Part shown: positions 48,921 to 59,078 of the stretch, piece by piece
Layout: each line of letters begins with the position of its first letter
Numbering within the stretch: position 1 is the first letter of the stretch
DNA from: a virus
DNA: 64,000 bases
Strand: one strand, 5' to 3'
Virus record (IMG/VR): IMGVR_UViG_3300032070_000002
Span: 26,230 to 90,229 of that record
The notes under the pieces: generated by a model
What the model was told of the DNA's origin: nothing
Database searches by the model: none
The model's input: only the letters and a program-made list of their open reading frames with translations
Position numbers and translations under genes: made by a program

Positions 48921-51185
48921 ATGTTAGAAGTAAACTTAAATAAAAAAGTAAAAATAATTACTTCTGAGGAAATAACAGAAACGGATAAGTTTTTTGTATA
49001 CGGTAAACCTATTCAGCTTTTGTTTACGGATTCTACCGATATTTCTATATTATCTAGGAAGAAAAAAATATTAGAAGCAAATTGTAATTTAATTGTAGTA
49101 ACACAATTAGCAGAAAAGTATTTAAGAGATAGTAAGTTAACATACCTTATTGTAGATAGAGCAGATTTTAATGAAAAATTATTTAAGGAAATACCCTCGG
49201 TAGATATGATTAGTTATTACGGAAGTATATCAAGAGATATAGTAGAAAGTATAGTATCAAAATATAATATAAGGTTAGTATATGGAGCAGAGGATACTTT
49301 AAATTTTGTAAAAAGATTTAGTGTTAGTAAGGAAGAATATAAATCAACTACAGAAGAAATTAATAAAATAAATGAGATAGTAGAAAAAGATTTAGATAAG
49401 GATTTAGACTTAAGTAAGAAATTATTAATATACCGAGATGATTGCGGTTTAGGAGATTTGTTAATGATTACCGCGTGTTTAAAATCCTTAAAGGAATATT
49501 ATAAGGATTGGAAAATAGTAATAGGTTGTAACAAAAAATATCATACTTTATTTGAAAACAACTCGTATGTAGATAAGGTAATAAGTAATTTTAATGAAAA
49601 AGATTATGATAAAGTATTTAATTTAACAAGATTTTTTGAACACGAAAACTATCCTATGGACGGATGGAAAGCTAATCATAAAAGTAGAGTAGATTTATTA
49701 TATGAAGATGCTTTTAAAATACCCGCTATAGATAGAAGACTTTTGTATTATATAACTGAAGACGAACAAAAATGGGCAAAGGCATATTTAAGTAAATATG
49801 AAAAAGGAGAATATTTAGTAGGATTCTCAATAGATGCCGCGGGAATGAGTAGAAATTGGCCTATTAATTATTTTTTTGAATGTCAACACATATTAAAAGA
49901 TAAAAAAGTTACTTCTATTTTATTTGGGAATAGAATAGGCACACAAAATAAATATGATTATGCGGGAATATTTAGAGAAGGAATGATTAATGCAACAGGG
50001 CTTACTTTAAGAGAAACCGCTGCTTTAATAAATGAAGTAGATTTAATGGTATGCGTAGATTCGGGACTATTACATTTAAGTGCTGCTTTAGAAAAGAAAA
50101 CAATAGCCTTATTTGGAAACATACGGCCATTAAATAGAATACTATATTACGATACGGTAGAAGAACTTTATTCTGTAGGAGAATTAGATTGTATACCGTG
50201 TAATGATGCTCTTTATATAAATAAATGTATGAAGGTTTGTAATGATTTATCGGAATATAGGCAACCGGCAATGTGTATGTGGAGGTTAACAGTTGATAAA
50301 GTATTAACTAAAATCTTAATGGATTTAGGATTGCTAAAAAGTAAATCTGTAAAGTATAGGCCAAAGTTATCATTCGCTATGATGACTCATAACGAGGAAG
50401 CGTGGATAGGACAATGTTTAGACAGAATTAATGAAGTAGCAGATGAGATAGTAATAATAGATGATTCTAAAGACGATACGCGTAAAATAGCAAAAAAATA
50501 TAATAACGTAAAAATATATAACGTAAAAGACTTACCTTGTCCTAAAGAATGTAACTTTTGTAAAAAGAATAATATAGATATAGAAAAAATAGGCCGGCCC
50601 TGTAGCGCAAAATTAAGGCAACAATCATTTGAAGCGTGTACAGGTAATTGGATATTTAGAATAGATGCAGATGAGGTAATAAGAAAGGAAGATACAATAA
50701 AATTACGATATTTAGTAGATTATGCAGATGACTTATTTCCAAGTATAAAAATATTTTGGTTTACTACGGTTAATTTCTTTTTAGATGAAAATCATTATAA
50801 AGTAGGAACCCAAGGTCACGCTTGGTTTCCGGATGTTCATAAAAGGCTTCAAAAGAATGATGAAAGTTTACACAAATGGACATTACCCGCCCACGAACGA
50901 ATGATAGGAATTACAAGAAGAGGACAAGTAGAATTTTTAGATAATCAAAAAGAATTTAATTTTCAACATATGAGTAATTGGTTTTACGTATACCATTACG
51001 GTTATTTACAACCGAGAAAAGAAAGGGTAGTAGATAGTATTAAGTACGAAAAAATGAAAGTATTATTACATACCTTAGATAATAAAAATATAGAACCCTG
51101 GGTTTGGAAAAAACCTACTAAAGTAATTCTACCTCCCGAATGGGGAACAGGTATTTGTGAATATGAAGAAGGAGAAAAAGGATGA
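48921..51185 (+). CDS. GT9 (heptosyltransferase-like) + GT2 glycosyltransferase fusion
   Basis: GLGDLLM, RNWP, DSGLLHLSAAL..K.IALFG, CIPC; GT2 NEE..I..CL, DEIVIIDD, IDADE, HYGY. Confidence 0.88.
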   Translation: MLEVNLNKKVKIITSEEITETDKFFVYGKPIQLLFTDSTDISILSRKKKILEANCNLIVVTQLAEKYLRDSKLTYLIVDRADFNEKLFKEIPSVDMISYYGSISRDIVESIVSKYNIRLVYGAEDTLNFVKRFSVSKEEYKSTTEEINKINEIVEKDLDKDLDLSKKLLIYRDDCGLGDLLMITACLKSLKEYYKDWKIVIGCNKKYHTLFENNSYVDKVISNFNEKDYDKVFNLTRFFEHENYPMDGWKANHKSRVDLLYEDAFKIPAIDRRLLYYITEDEQKWAKAYLSKYEKGEYLVGFSIDAAGMSRNWPINYFFECQHILKDKKVTSILFGNRIGTQNKYDYAGIFREGMINATGLTLRETAALINEVDLMVCVDSGLLHLSAALEKKTIALFGNIRPLNRILYYDTVEELYSVGELDCIPCNDALYINKCMKVCNDLSEYRQPAMCMWRLTVDKVLTKILMDLGLLKSKSVKYRPKLSFAMMTHNEEAWIGQCLDRINEVADEIVIIDDSKDDTRKIAKKYNNVKIYNVKDLPCPKECNFCKKNNIDIEKIGRPCSAKLRQQSFEACTGNWIFRIDADEVIRKEDTIKLRYLVDYADDLFPSIKIFWFTTVNFFLDENHYKVGTQGHAWFPDVHKRLQKNDESLHKWTLPAHERMIGITRRGQVEFLDNQKEFNFQHMSNWFYVYHYGYLQPRKERVVDSIKYEKMKVLLHTLDNKNIEPWVWKKPTKVILPPEWGTGICEYEEGEKG

Positions 51186-51290
51186 AACTAAAGTATAAAA
51201 TAGGTTATTGTATATGGAAAGTATTGATAAAACTTAAATTATTTGATAGTGTAATGAGAGCGCTTATTTGGATAGAAAGGCATATTTAAA

Positions 51291-51554
51291 ATGAGTTTAG
51301 GCGAAAAAATAAATCAACTTATTCAAGCTAATATTAAAACTTGGCATAAAGATACAATTCTTAAGGATAGACATAACAATTTAAGAACCGATTTAGATAT
51401 GTCAAGTGAAGAAAGAGCAAAAGTGTTTTTAGATGCTAGAAAATTTAATAGAGAAAGAGCAAAAGTTAAGGATGAAATAGATACTATATGCGGAGAACAA
51501 ACGTTTTCCGAAAAGGTAAACTATTATAATGAACCCAAGACAAATAATAATTAA
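51291..51554 (+). CDS. DUF4254-like helical protein
   Basis: GE.I..L...NIK.WH.....N.ER.....ID. Confidence 0.55.
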   Translation: MSLGEKINQLIQANIKTWHKDTILKDRHNNLRTDLDMSSEERAKVFLDARKFNRERAKVKDEIDTICGEQTFSEKVNYYNEPKTNNN

Positions 51555-52074
51555 CATAAAACATACTGGGGAAATACATAAAATAGAAGAGGAAGTAAAG
51601 AAATTTATTACTCCTGAAATGAATGGTATAGATATAGGTAGCGGCGGAGTTCCAATACTATTACAAACTATTTCAATAGACCAATGTTTTCCAGGTCAGT
51701 ATTCCGAATATGTACATTTAAAAGGTGACGCAAGAAAACTAATTTGGTTTAAAGATAATTGCTTAGACTACGTATTTAGTAGTCATTGTTTTGAGGATTT
51801 TGATATACCTGAAAAAGTAGAAGTATTTAAAGAATGGATAAGAGTATTAAAAGTAGGCGGATTACTTTTGCTATATTTACCTAATGAACAATTATATAGA
51901 GAGTATTGTAAAAAGGTAGGCAATAAAGCAAATGTTTCGCATAAGGATGCTAATTTTAATGTAGAAACCGTTTTAGAAATAGCAAAGGAAGTAGGAAAGG
52001 TAGCGGAAATATATTCAATAATTAATCACGGGGACTATTGTTTTTTTATAGTATTTAAAAAAGTAGAGGAATAA
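51529..52074 (+). CDS. Class I SAM methyltransferase (type 11)
   Basis: DIGSGG, GDA..L, DYVFSSHCFED, EW.RVLK.GG. Confidence 0.88.
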   Translation: MNPRQIIINIKHTGEIHKIEEEVKKFITPEMNGIDIGSGGVPILLQTISIDQCFPGQYSEYVHLKGDARKLIWFKDNCLDYVFSSHCFEDFDIPEKVEVFKEWIRVLKVGGLLLLYLPNEQLYREYCKKVGNKANVSHKDANFNVETVLEIAKEVGKVAEIYSIINHGDYCFFIVFKKVEE

Positions 52075-52278
52075 ATGTTAGAATATACTATAGGGGAAGT
52101 TATAGATAGACTTTGTATAACTAACTTAAAAATGTGGCATTTGGAAGAGCAAATGGCTGACCCTAAAATTAGTTTAAATGATAAGGGTAAGATAAGCGAA
52201 CAAATAATTAAATTAAACGATTTAAGAATGAAATGTATAAAATCAATAGACGAATATTTTGAAGGGATAAAGAAATGA
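52075..52278 (+). CDS. DUF4254-like helical protein
   Basis: TIGEVIDRL.I.NLKMWH.E....LN..R.....ID. Confidence 0.6.
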   Translation: MLEYTIGEVIDRLCITNLKMWHLEEQMADPKISLNDKGKISEQIIKLNDLRMKCIKSIDEYFEGIKK

Positions 52279-52886
52279 AAATATATGAAGGATGGGAATA
52301 CGATATAGTAAATAAGGAATTTGAACTTTTCCCTCTTAAATATGCTACTTTAGTAGATGTAGGCGCAAAAGGCAACTACGGCGTAGTTCCTAGACTATTA
52401 AAAAGAAATTGGAATGGCGTACTATACGAACCGCATCCTGAAAGTTATAAAGAATTAATAAAACTATATGAAAACAATATTTTAGTTAAAGTACTAAATA
52501 ACGCAGTATCAAATGAAACCGGTAGAATGATTTTTCTATTACACCCTAGTCCTGAATTAAGTTCCTTAGCTCCAAACGTAACTTGGTTTAAGGAAGATAC
52601 TAAAGTAACAAAGATAGAAGTAGAAGTAGTAAAACTTCACGAAAGTTTACAAGAACATAATATAAGTATTCCAAAAGATTTTGATTTTTTAAAGGTAGAT
52701 GCGGAAGGTTTTGACTATAGAATTTTAGAATGTATGTTTAAAGAAAGTTTTTATAGGCCAAGAATAATTATGCACGAAATACAACATCCGGGACCTAAAG
52801 AGTTTGAGAAATTATTAAATTTACAAGGATATGAATTAATAAATAAAGAACCAGAACATAATATGATATATAGGAAAAAAGAATGA
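52275..52886 (+). CDS. FkbM-family methyltransferase
   Basis: VDVGA, EPHP, NAVS, DFLKVDAEGFD, P.II..E. Confidence 0.88.
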   Translation: MKIYEGWEYDIVNKEFELFPLKYATLVDVGAKGNYGVVPRLLKRNWNGVLYEPHPESYKELIKLYENNILVKVLNNAVSNETGRMIFLLHPSPELSSLAPNVTWFKEDTKVTKIEVEVVKLHESLQEHNISIPKDFDFLKVDAEGFDYRILECMFKESFYRPRIIMHEIQHPGPKEFEKLLNLQGYELINKEPEHNMIYRKKE

Positions 52887-53899
52887 AGGTATTACTTTTA
52901 TCTTTAGGCCTAGGACAATACTATTGTAATTATCCTATAGAAGAAGAGTTAATAAATAGGGGATATCAAACGTATTCCATATGCCTTTCTGCATTTGACT
53001 TATACAAAGAATATAATGAAATGGAAATAGAAAAGTATGGCGTAGTTATAGTAAATGATTTAAAGTTTGCGGAAGACTTTAAGAGATTAAATATTAAATC
53101 AAATTACTTAGTAAGCGGTATACATACCCTTGCCCCTAAGGATGAACATTGGATAAGAAGGATGGTTGAAGCGGGAGTAGATTTAGATATAGAAGCAGGT
53201 AAGTATAGTTTACTAACCTTAGGAAACGATTTGAAATCAAATAGAAATAAAATAGTAATAGGCGGTTTTCCTAAAATGGATTATGTAATAAGGAATAAGG
53301 ATAAAAGAACCTTTTACAAAAAAGCTTTATTAGATAGGTTTAAATTTAATAAAGGATGGCCTATAATATTATATGCTTCAACATATTCTACCGGTCAACA
53401 CGCGGGAGGCACCTTTACTTATTGTGAAAGAATATTAGATAGCCTAAAAGGTCAAAAGTTAAATCTAATAGTAGGCCCGCACCCGGGCGATCATAAATTA
53501 TTAACGAATAGTATGGTAATAAAAAATTACAATAATGTTAGGGTATGCTTGGACTTTAATAAAAATGATTTAATATTAGGAAGTGATTTAGTAATAAGTG
53601 ATAATTCTTCAATAATTTTAGAAGCTAGTTTAGCAGATGTACAGGTAATGCAATTATTTAAGGAGGAAGGAAAAGAATCTCAATATTTATATAGTAACCC
53701 AAATATGAATAAATTTATTATAGCTCAAACAGTAGAAGTGCCTACGGAATTAGATATCCTTCCGAAAAGAATTTTTAGAAGTATAGACTATAATCCAATG
53801 GAAAAGGAAAAGGAATACTGGTTAAATGAATTATGTTCCGGAGTAACGGGTAATGATGCAAAGAAATATGTTGACGAAATAGAAAGGAGGTTAAGATGA
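52883..53899 (+). CDS. TagF/TagB-like CDP-polyol phosphotransferase
   Basis: GFPKMD, ILYASTY, HP, SDLVISDNSSI..E. Confidence 0.75.
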   Translation: MKVLLLSLGLGQYYCNYPIEEELINRGYQTYSICLSAFDLYKEYNEMEIEKYGVVIVNDLKFAEDFKRLNIKSNYLVSGIHTLAPKDEHWIRRMVEAGVDLDIEAGKYSLLTLGNDLKSNRNKIVIGGFPKMDYVIRNKDKRTFYKKALLDRFKFNKGWPIILYASTYSTGQHAGGTFTYCERILDSLKGQKLNLIVGPHPGDHKLLTNSMVIKNYNNVRVCLDFNKNDLILGSDLVISDNSSIILEASLADVQVMQLFKEEGKESQYLYSNPNMNKFIIAQTVEVPTELDILPKRIFRSIDYNPMEKEKEYWLNELCSGVTGNDAKKYVDEIERRLR

Positions 53900-54339
53900 A
53901 AATAGTATATACATACGGCGTATTTGATATATTACATCCAGGACATATAAGCCTTTTAGAGCGTGCAAAAGCGTTAGGAGATTACTTAATTGTAGGAATA
54001 GTATGTGATGAAGCGGTTAGAGAAAGAAAAGGAAAAGGAAGACCTATACAAAATCAATATGATAGAGCAAGAATAGTAGGTGCCTTAAAGTGTGTAGACG
54101 AAGTAGTTATACAGGGTATGTTTAATCCTTGCGGAGTATTGTTTGCAAAACATTTTTTAGGACAAACCGTAAGTATACTTTGTAAGGGAGATGATTGGAA
54201 ATATATTCCCGGTAAAGATGCTATAGAAATGTTAGGAGGTAAGTTAGTAAAGTTACCTTATTCAAAGGAATGGTCTACTAGTAAAATAATCAAAGATGTT
54301 AGGAGTAAAAGTGTTTTTATTATCAGAGATAAGAGGTAA
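53896..54339 (+). CDS. TagD/RfaE-like cytidylyl/adenylyltransferase
   Basis: GVFDILHPGH, KG.GRPI, KGDDW, STSKII. Confidence 0.9.
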   Translation: MKIVYTYGVFDILHPGHISLLERAKALGDYLIVGIVCDEAVRERKGKGRPIQNQYDRARIVGALKCVDEVVIQGMFNPCGVLFAKHFLGQTVSILCKGDDWKYIPGKDAIEMLGGKLVKLPYSKEWSTSKIIKDVRSKSVFIIRDKR

Positions 54340-54342
54340 GTA

Positions 54343-54870
54343 ATGATAGTATACTCAAGTCACTTATGTAAGTATAATATAAAACTTAACGGTGTTATTA
54401 GAATAAACGTTGCGTGGATTAAAAGTTATTCGGATTTATTAGAAATTTTAGATAATACAAAACAAGATATATTTTTAGATTATCCTAAGGGCAGAACAAA
54501 ACCGCCTCGGCCAACTATGCATTGGAAAACAATATTAACATTATTAAAATCTAATAAATATCTACAAATAAAATATTTTGCTATTTCTAACGTAGAAAGT
54601 GTAGGAAGAATATCTACTATACGAAAAGTAATTCCTACTAATATTCAATTAGTTCCAAAAATAGAAACGGTAATAGGCGTTAAAAGAGTAGTAGAACTTT
54701 GTAAAGCGTGTAAGACAAATTTAATAATGTTAGATAAAGAAGATTTATATACGGATACAAATCGTAATCAGAAATTATTTGAAGGATGTATTCAATTTTG
54801 TAAAGAGTTATGTAAAAAGAATAATATAAAAATACTTGAACTAAAAGGTGTAGTATTTATAGATGAGTAA
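54343..54870 (+). CDS. Truncated pyruvate-kinase/HpcH-like TIM-barrel enzyme
   Basis: VIRINVAW, FLD.P.G, S.VE, VPKIET..GV, IMLD..DL. Confidence 0.55.
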   Translation: MIVYSSHLCKYNIKLNGVIRINVAWIKSYSDLLEILDNTKQDIFLDYPKGRTKPPRPTMHWKTILTLLKSNKYLQIKYFAISNVESVGRISTIRKVIPTNIQLVPKIETVIGVKRVVELCKACKTNLIMLDKEDLYTDTNRNQKLFEGCIQFCKELCKKNNIKILELKGVVFIDE

Positions 54871-56064
54871 ACAAGTTAAAAAAGAAAAAGTAAATTCGGA
54901 ACTTACTAAAAAGATAGAGATAGCGAGGGCTCGTTATCAAAGTTGTAAGTGTAACGAATGTAAAAAAGTTCTAAAGAATTTACTTAAAAGGAGGAATAAA
55001 TGCTAGCATTATTAAGGGTAATTGATTTAACAATATCTATATATATGTTTCCTCTTGATTTACTAAGAGGATATTTAAGGTTAATAATTAATTTTAAGGT
55101 ACAACAAAAGTTAGCAAAGAAGTATGAAGGAAAGTCTAATGAGGAAATTTTAAAAGAGTTATACGGTATTACAAGTATTAAACAAGAGGAAACTACTATT
55201 ACAAAAACTAGGAAGAAAAAACTAGCCGTATGTAAAGAATGCGGTACGGGAATATATAATTTAAGTATAGGTTGTAAAAAGTGTAATAAGGTAGGTAAGT
55301 AAAATGGAAGATAAAAATAACTATACCATTAAAATTGAATGCGATAATTGTAAACACGCGTGGGATGAGACGGTATTGAAAGGGCATAAGGTAATTAACA
55401 TTTCTTGTTTAGGTGCGAAAGTAGTAGAAGATAATGATACAAAGGAAACTCAAAATTATATTAAAGAAATAGGCTGTCCAAACTGCGGTTGCAAAACCGA
55501 AACAAAAAGGAGTAACAAATGAATAATCAAACCTTAGGAATGTATTTAAAGATAGGCGGAATTGTAGAGGGCGTGGTTATAGCTATATTACTATTAAAAT
55601 GGCATCCGGTTTTAGTAATTTTATTAGCATTAGGCGCAGGAATATATTTTGTAGGAGATTATATTTCAAAAAAATAATAAAAGGAGACCAATACAATGGA
55701 TAAGATAACTTACCCAAATATAGCAAAAGCGTTAATAAATGATAGTAGGGAAGTTAAAACAGGCGCACATTTTGATTTTAGTAGTATAGAAAATTTATCA
55801 AAGCAGTTAGAAAATTTATTTGTAATAAGGTGGGGCAAAGAACAAAAGAACCTATTAAAAAATGTAGCGGAATACGTTAAGAAACTTTAATGTTAACGAA
55901 TATACAAAAGGAAGAAGTATTTTGTTTTTGGTGCAATAAATGGATAGACGCACACCTAGTTTTAATTGACGTTTTATATGAAGGAAGTATTACTTGTGAT
56001 AAGGAACATTTAATAGGTAATAAGCAAGATTTAGAATGGCAAACAATGTTTGGAGTAGAAGAAA

Positions 56065-56508
56065 GTGATTAAAATAATTATATTCTTAATAGTTTTAGCA
56101 TTTATTCACGCTAAATGGGAAGTTCAAATAGAAGGAAAAGACGGATGGGCTGCTAAATTACCTTGTTGGAGGCTTAATGTATTTTTTAGAAAACTATTAG
56201 GCGAGAAACCTATAACGGGTTATCATACTTGGATGATAATATTATTTCAAATGATGTTTCATAGTACTTTTATATTTATTGACTGGTCTATAAGTAGGGA
56301 GTTATTATTACAAGGAGTATTTTTATGGTATACAATAATTGAAGACGTTATTTGGTTTATAGTAAATCCTCACTATACAATAAAGAAATTTAAGAAGCAC
56401 CAAATAGAATGGCATAAGAGATGGCTTTATGGATTACCGTTAAGTTATTGGTTATTTGGAATAATAGGTAGCTGTTTAATATGGTTAAGTAAAAAATGTT
56501 ACTTTTAA
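56065..56508 (+). CDS. Multi-pass membrane protein
   Basis: Four hydrophobic segments; E.QIEG..GWA..LP.W, ED..WF..NP. Confidence 0.55.
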   Translation: MIKIIIFLIVLAFIHAKWEVQIEGKDGWAAKLPCWRLNVFFRKLLGEKPITGYHTWMIILFQMMFHSTFIFIDWSISRELLLQGVFLWYTIIEDVIWFIVNPHYTIKKFKKHQIEWHKRWLYGLPLSYWLFGIIGSCLIWLSKKCYF

Positions 56509-57077
56509 TTTATATAATGAGTTTAACGGTTGCAGTATTATTACACGAGACAGCTCATTTTTTAATAGCAAGAGCTTGTAAATGTAAGGTAGAAGTATAT
56601 TCCTTAGGATTTGGAAAAGTGTTATATAAAAGAAAAATAGGTAAGACAATATATCAATTTGCATTATTACCTATCGGAGGGTATTGTAAATTATTAGGAG
56701 AGTTAGAGTATAGTAAAAGTAAATATGCTTTATGTAATTTAATATATACGAAAAAATTACTAATAGCACTTGCGGGCGTAGTAGTAAATTTAATAATTGG
56801 AAGTATATTAGTTTATATAGGTTTAAAAACTAATAATTTTATTACTTATAATATTGGATTTGCTAATGTTATTTTAGGAGTAATAAATACCCTTCCTATC
56901 CCGGGTTTTGACGGCTGGTACCCGCTCTTTTTATTAACAGAGAAAAGAATAGGTAAGAAAAAATGTTGTAAGATGTTATATAAAATGAATAGAATAATTG
57001 TAATAGTATTTACAATACTAAATATACTATTGGTTATGATATATTGGAAACAATTTATAATATTAATTAAATCGTAA
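56496..57077 (+). CDS. M50 site-2 protease (RseP-like, no PDZ)
   Basis: LHETAH, SLGFG, LPIGGYC, AG..VN, N.LPIPGFDG. Confidence 0.88.
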   Translation: MLLLIYIMSLTVAVLLHETAHFLIARACKCKVEVYSLGFGKVLYKRKIGKTIYQFALLPIGGYCKLLGELEYSKSKYALCNLIYTKKLLIALAGVVVNLIIGSILVYIGLKTNNFITYNIGFANVILGVINTLPIPGFDGWYPLFLLTEKRIGKKKCCKMLYKMNRIIVIVFTILNILLVMIYWKQFIILIKS

Positions 57078-57327
57078 GGAGCGCTATGAGAAAAACCGCT
57101 TTGAAAACGGTAAAAGTAATTAAGATATTAAAAAAGTATTGGGAAGAATATAAAGAAGCAGAAGCAGAATTTAGACATAGTGTTATAAAAATAGAAGAGA
57201 GAATGCAAAAAGAATTAAAGAAACCCTTATCGGAATTCTTTTATGATAAGAATACGTGTATAGGAATAAGTATAGAACTTAGTACAAATAAGAAAAAATT
57301 AATACGGAAAGAAGATATTGAATAAAA

Positions 57328-57744
57328 ATGGAAAATAACGTCCTTTCTATAAAGGGTATAAAACAGCTTAGTTTACACTGTGGCCCTGCTTGTATAGAAA
57401 TGGTTTTAAGGTATTTTGGCTATAATAATATTAAACAAAGACGAATAGGTAAAGATATAAAGGTTAACCTTAAAGAGGGTTGTTATACGATAGATATAAT
57501 TAGATATTTAAAAAGGTATAATATAATTACGGAATTTAGAAAGGGAAAAAACGTTTTAAAAAGTTTAACTATTACACATCCGATAGTAATATGTACTAGG
57601 TCTCATTTTATGTTACTAGTAGGAAAAGAAAATGAAAAATATATTATTATAAATCCGGCTTCGGGTAATCATATTAAAAAAGATATAGACTTTTTTAAAA
57701 AAGAAATTGTAGGATATATTATAGTAAGGGAGGTAATTAAATGA
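57328..57744 (+). CDS. C39-like cysteine peptidase
   Basis: KQ....CGPAC..MVL.YFG, HF..L.G, INP. Confidence 0.8.
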   Translation: MENNVLSIKGIKQLSLHCGPACIEMVLRYFGYNNIKQRRIGKDIKVNLKEGCYTIDIIRYLKRYNIITEFRKGKNVLKSLTITHPIVICTRSHFMLLVGKENEKYIIINPASGNHIKKDIDFFKKEIVGYIIVREVIK

Positions 57745-57995
57745 CTCGTATAAAAGGTAGTAGTAAGGATGTAATATTAAAAGATATTTTAGAGAGATTA
57801 AATAAGTTAGATAGTAGACTAGATAACATAGAACAAGAAATTGAAGGCGTAAAAAAAGCAGTAAAATTAGTTATGTGGATAATAAAAGGTGTAGGCGCAA
57901 TAGGTACACTTTTAACCGCTGTTTATAAAATATGGCCTTGGATACCTAAAGGTAAAGGAGCCGAAAGTGTGCAAAAAAATATTCGTAAAAAATAG
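57741..57995 (+). CDS. Small coiled-coil + TM protein (XhlA/holin-like)
   Basis: Heptad N-half, single C-terminal TM, basic tail. Confidence 0.4.
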   Translation: MTRIKGSSKDVILKDILERLNKLDSRLDNIEQEIEGVKKAVKLVMWIIKGVGAIGTLLTAVYKIWPWIPKGKGAESVQKNIRKK

Positions 57996-58157
57996 TTCTT
58001 CCGATATAAATTTTGGTTATTATGACGTAGAGATTATTGTTAGAACAGATGGCGGAAGACTTTATTTAAGTAAAGAGTATGGTGCTAAACTTGAAGTAGA
58101 CGAAAAAACTAATAAGTTAAAAGTTATACTTTGTGAAAAACCTTAAGGAGGATAAAA

Positions 58158-58988
58158 ATGGCTGATAAGAATACTTGTAGAGATCGTGACGGAAAAGAAC
58201 ATTTTGGCGAATATGGTTGGTATGACGGATATATAGGATCTATAGGTAATTGCAGATGCGGATTAAATTCAAGGGGCGGCGCTTGTAAAGATGTAGATTT
58301 ATGTATTGAGGAAAGTCATAACAAGATAGCAAACGGTCAACTAAATACTAACATAGTTTCTTATAATTTAGATAGTATGGTTGCAGGCGAGAAGCAAAAG
58401 GAAAAAGAAAGAAAAGAAGATAAGGAAATGGAAGATATCCGGCGGCAAAAAGAAAAGGAAGAAGCGGAAAAGATAAAACAAGAGAAAGAATTAGGCGGAA
58501 AAACAATAAAAGAAGTTAAAGATGATAAAGGGGCATCTATTAAGATTTGTCCTTATTGTGATAAACCTATTGAAAATGATTTAGTAATCGGGGAAGACGG
58601 TAAAACATATCATAAACCGTGTATAGGCAAAGGGCCGATTATTTTAACTGAACCCAAAAAAGAAGAATCTAAAAAAGAGGAAAAGAAAGAAGAAAAGGTA
58701 GAGCCTTTAGATGAAGAAAAAGAAACCGAATTAATGGAAAGAAAAGAGTATGACCATAAGTGTTCTCACTGTGGTAAGACTATAGGAGAAAAAGAAATAG
58801 TAGATAAAGGAGACGGTAAGACTAGACATCGTAGCTGCGGCGGAGTAATTAAGTTTAAGGAAGCACCTAAAAAGGAAGAACCTAAAAAAGAGGCTAAAGA
58901 AGAGGTGAAAATTGAAGAGGATAAAAATAAAGAGACACCTAAAATTGAACCCGCAAAAGAAGAAATTAAACAAGAAGAAAAGAAATAA
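58158..58988 (+). CDS. Lys/Glu-rich protein with two LIM-like CxxC...HxxC zinc fingers
   Basis: CPYCDKPI...DGKTYHKPC and CSHCGKTI...DGKTRHRSC. Confidence 0.6.
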   Translation: MADKNTCRDRDGKEHFGEYGWYDGYIGSIGNCRCGLNSRGGACKDVDLCIEESHNKIANGQLNTNIVSYNLDSMVAGEKQKEKERKEDKEMEDIRRQKEKEEAEKIKQEKELGGKTIKEVKDDKGASIKICPYCDKPIENDLVIGEDGKTYHKPCIGKGPIILTEPKKEESKKEEKKEEKVEPLDEEKETELMERKEYDHKCSHCGKTIGEKEIVDKGDGKTRHRSCGGVIKFKEAPKKEEPKKEAKEEVKIEEDKNKETPKIEPAKEEIKQEEKK

Positions 58989-59078
58989 AAGTATTTTACT
59001 TAATTCAAAGGTTTATAAGGAATGCAATATTTGTAACGGAACTGGTGAAATAGATACGGGTTTAGTAGTAAAAAAATT

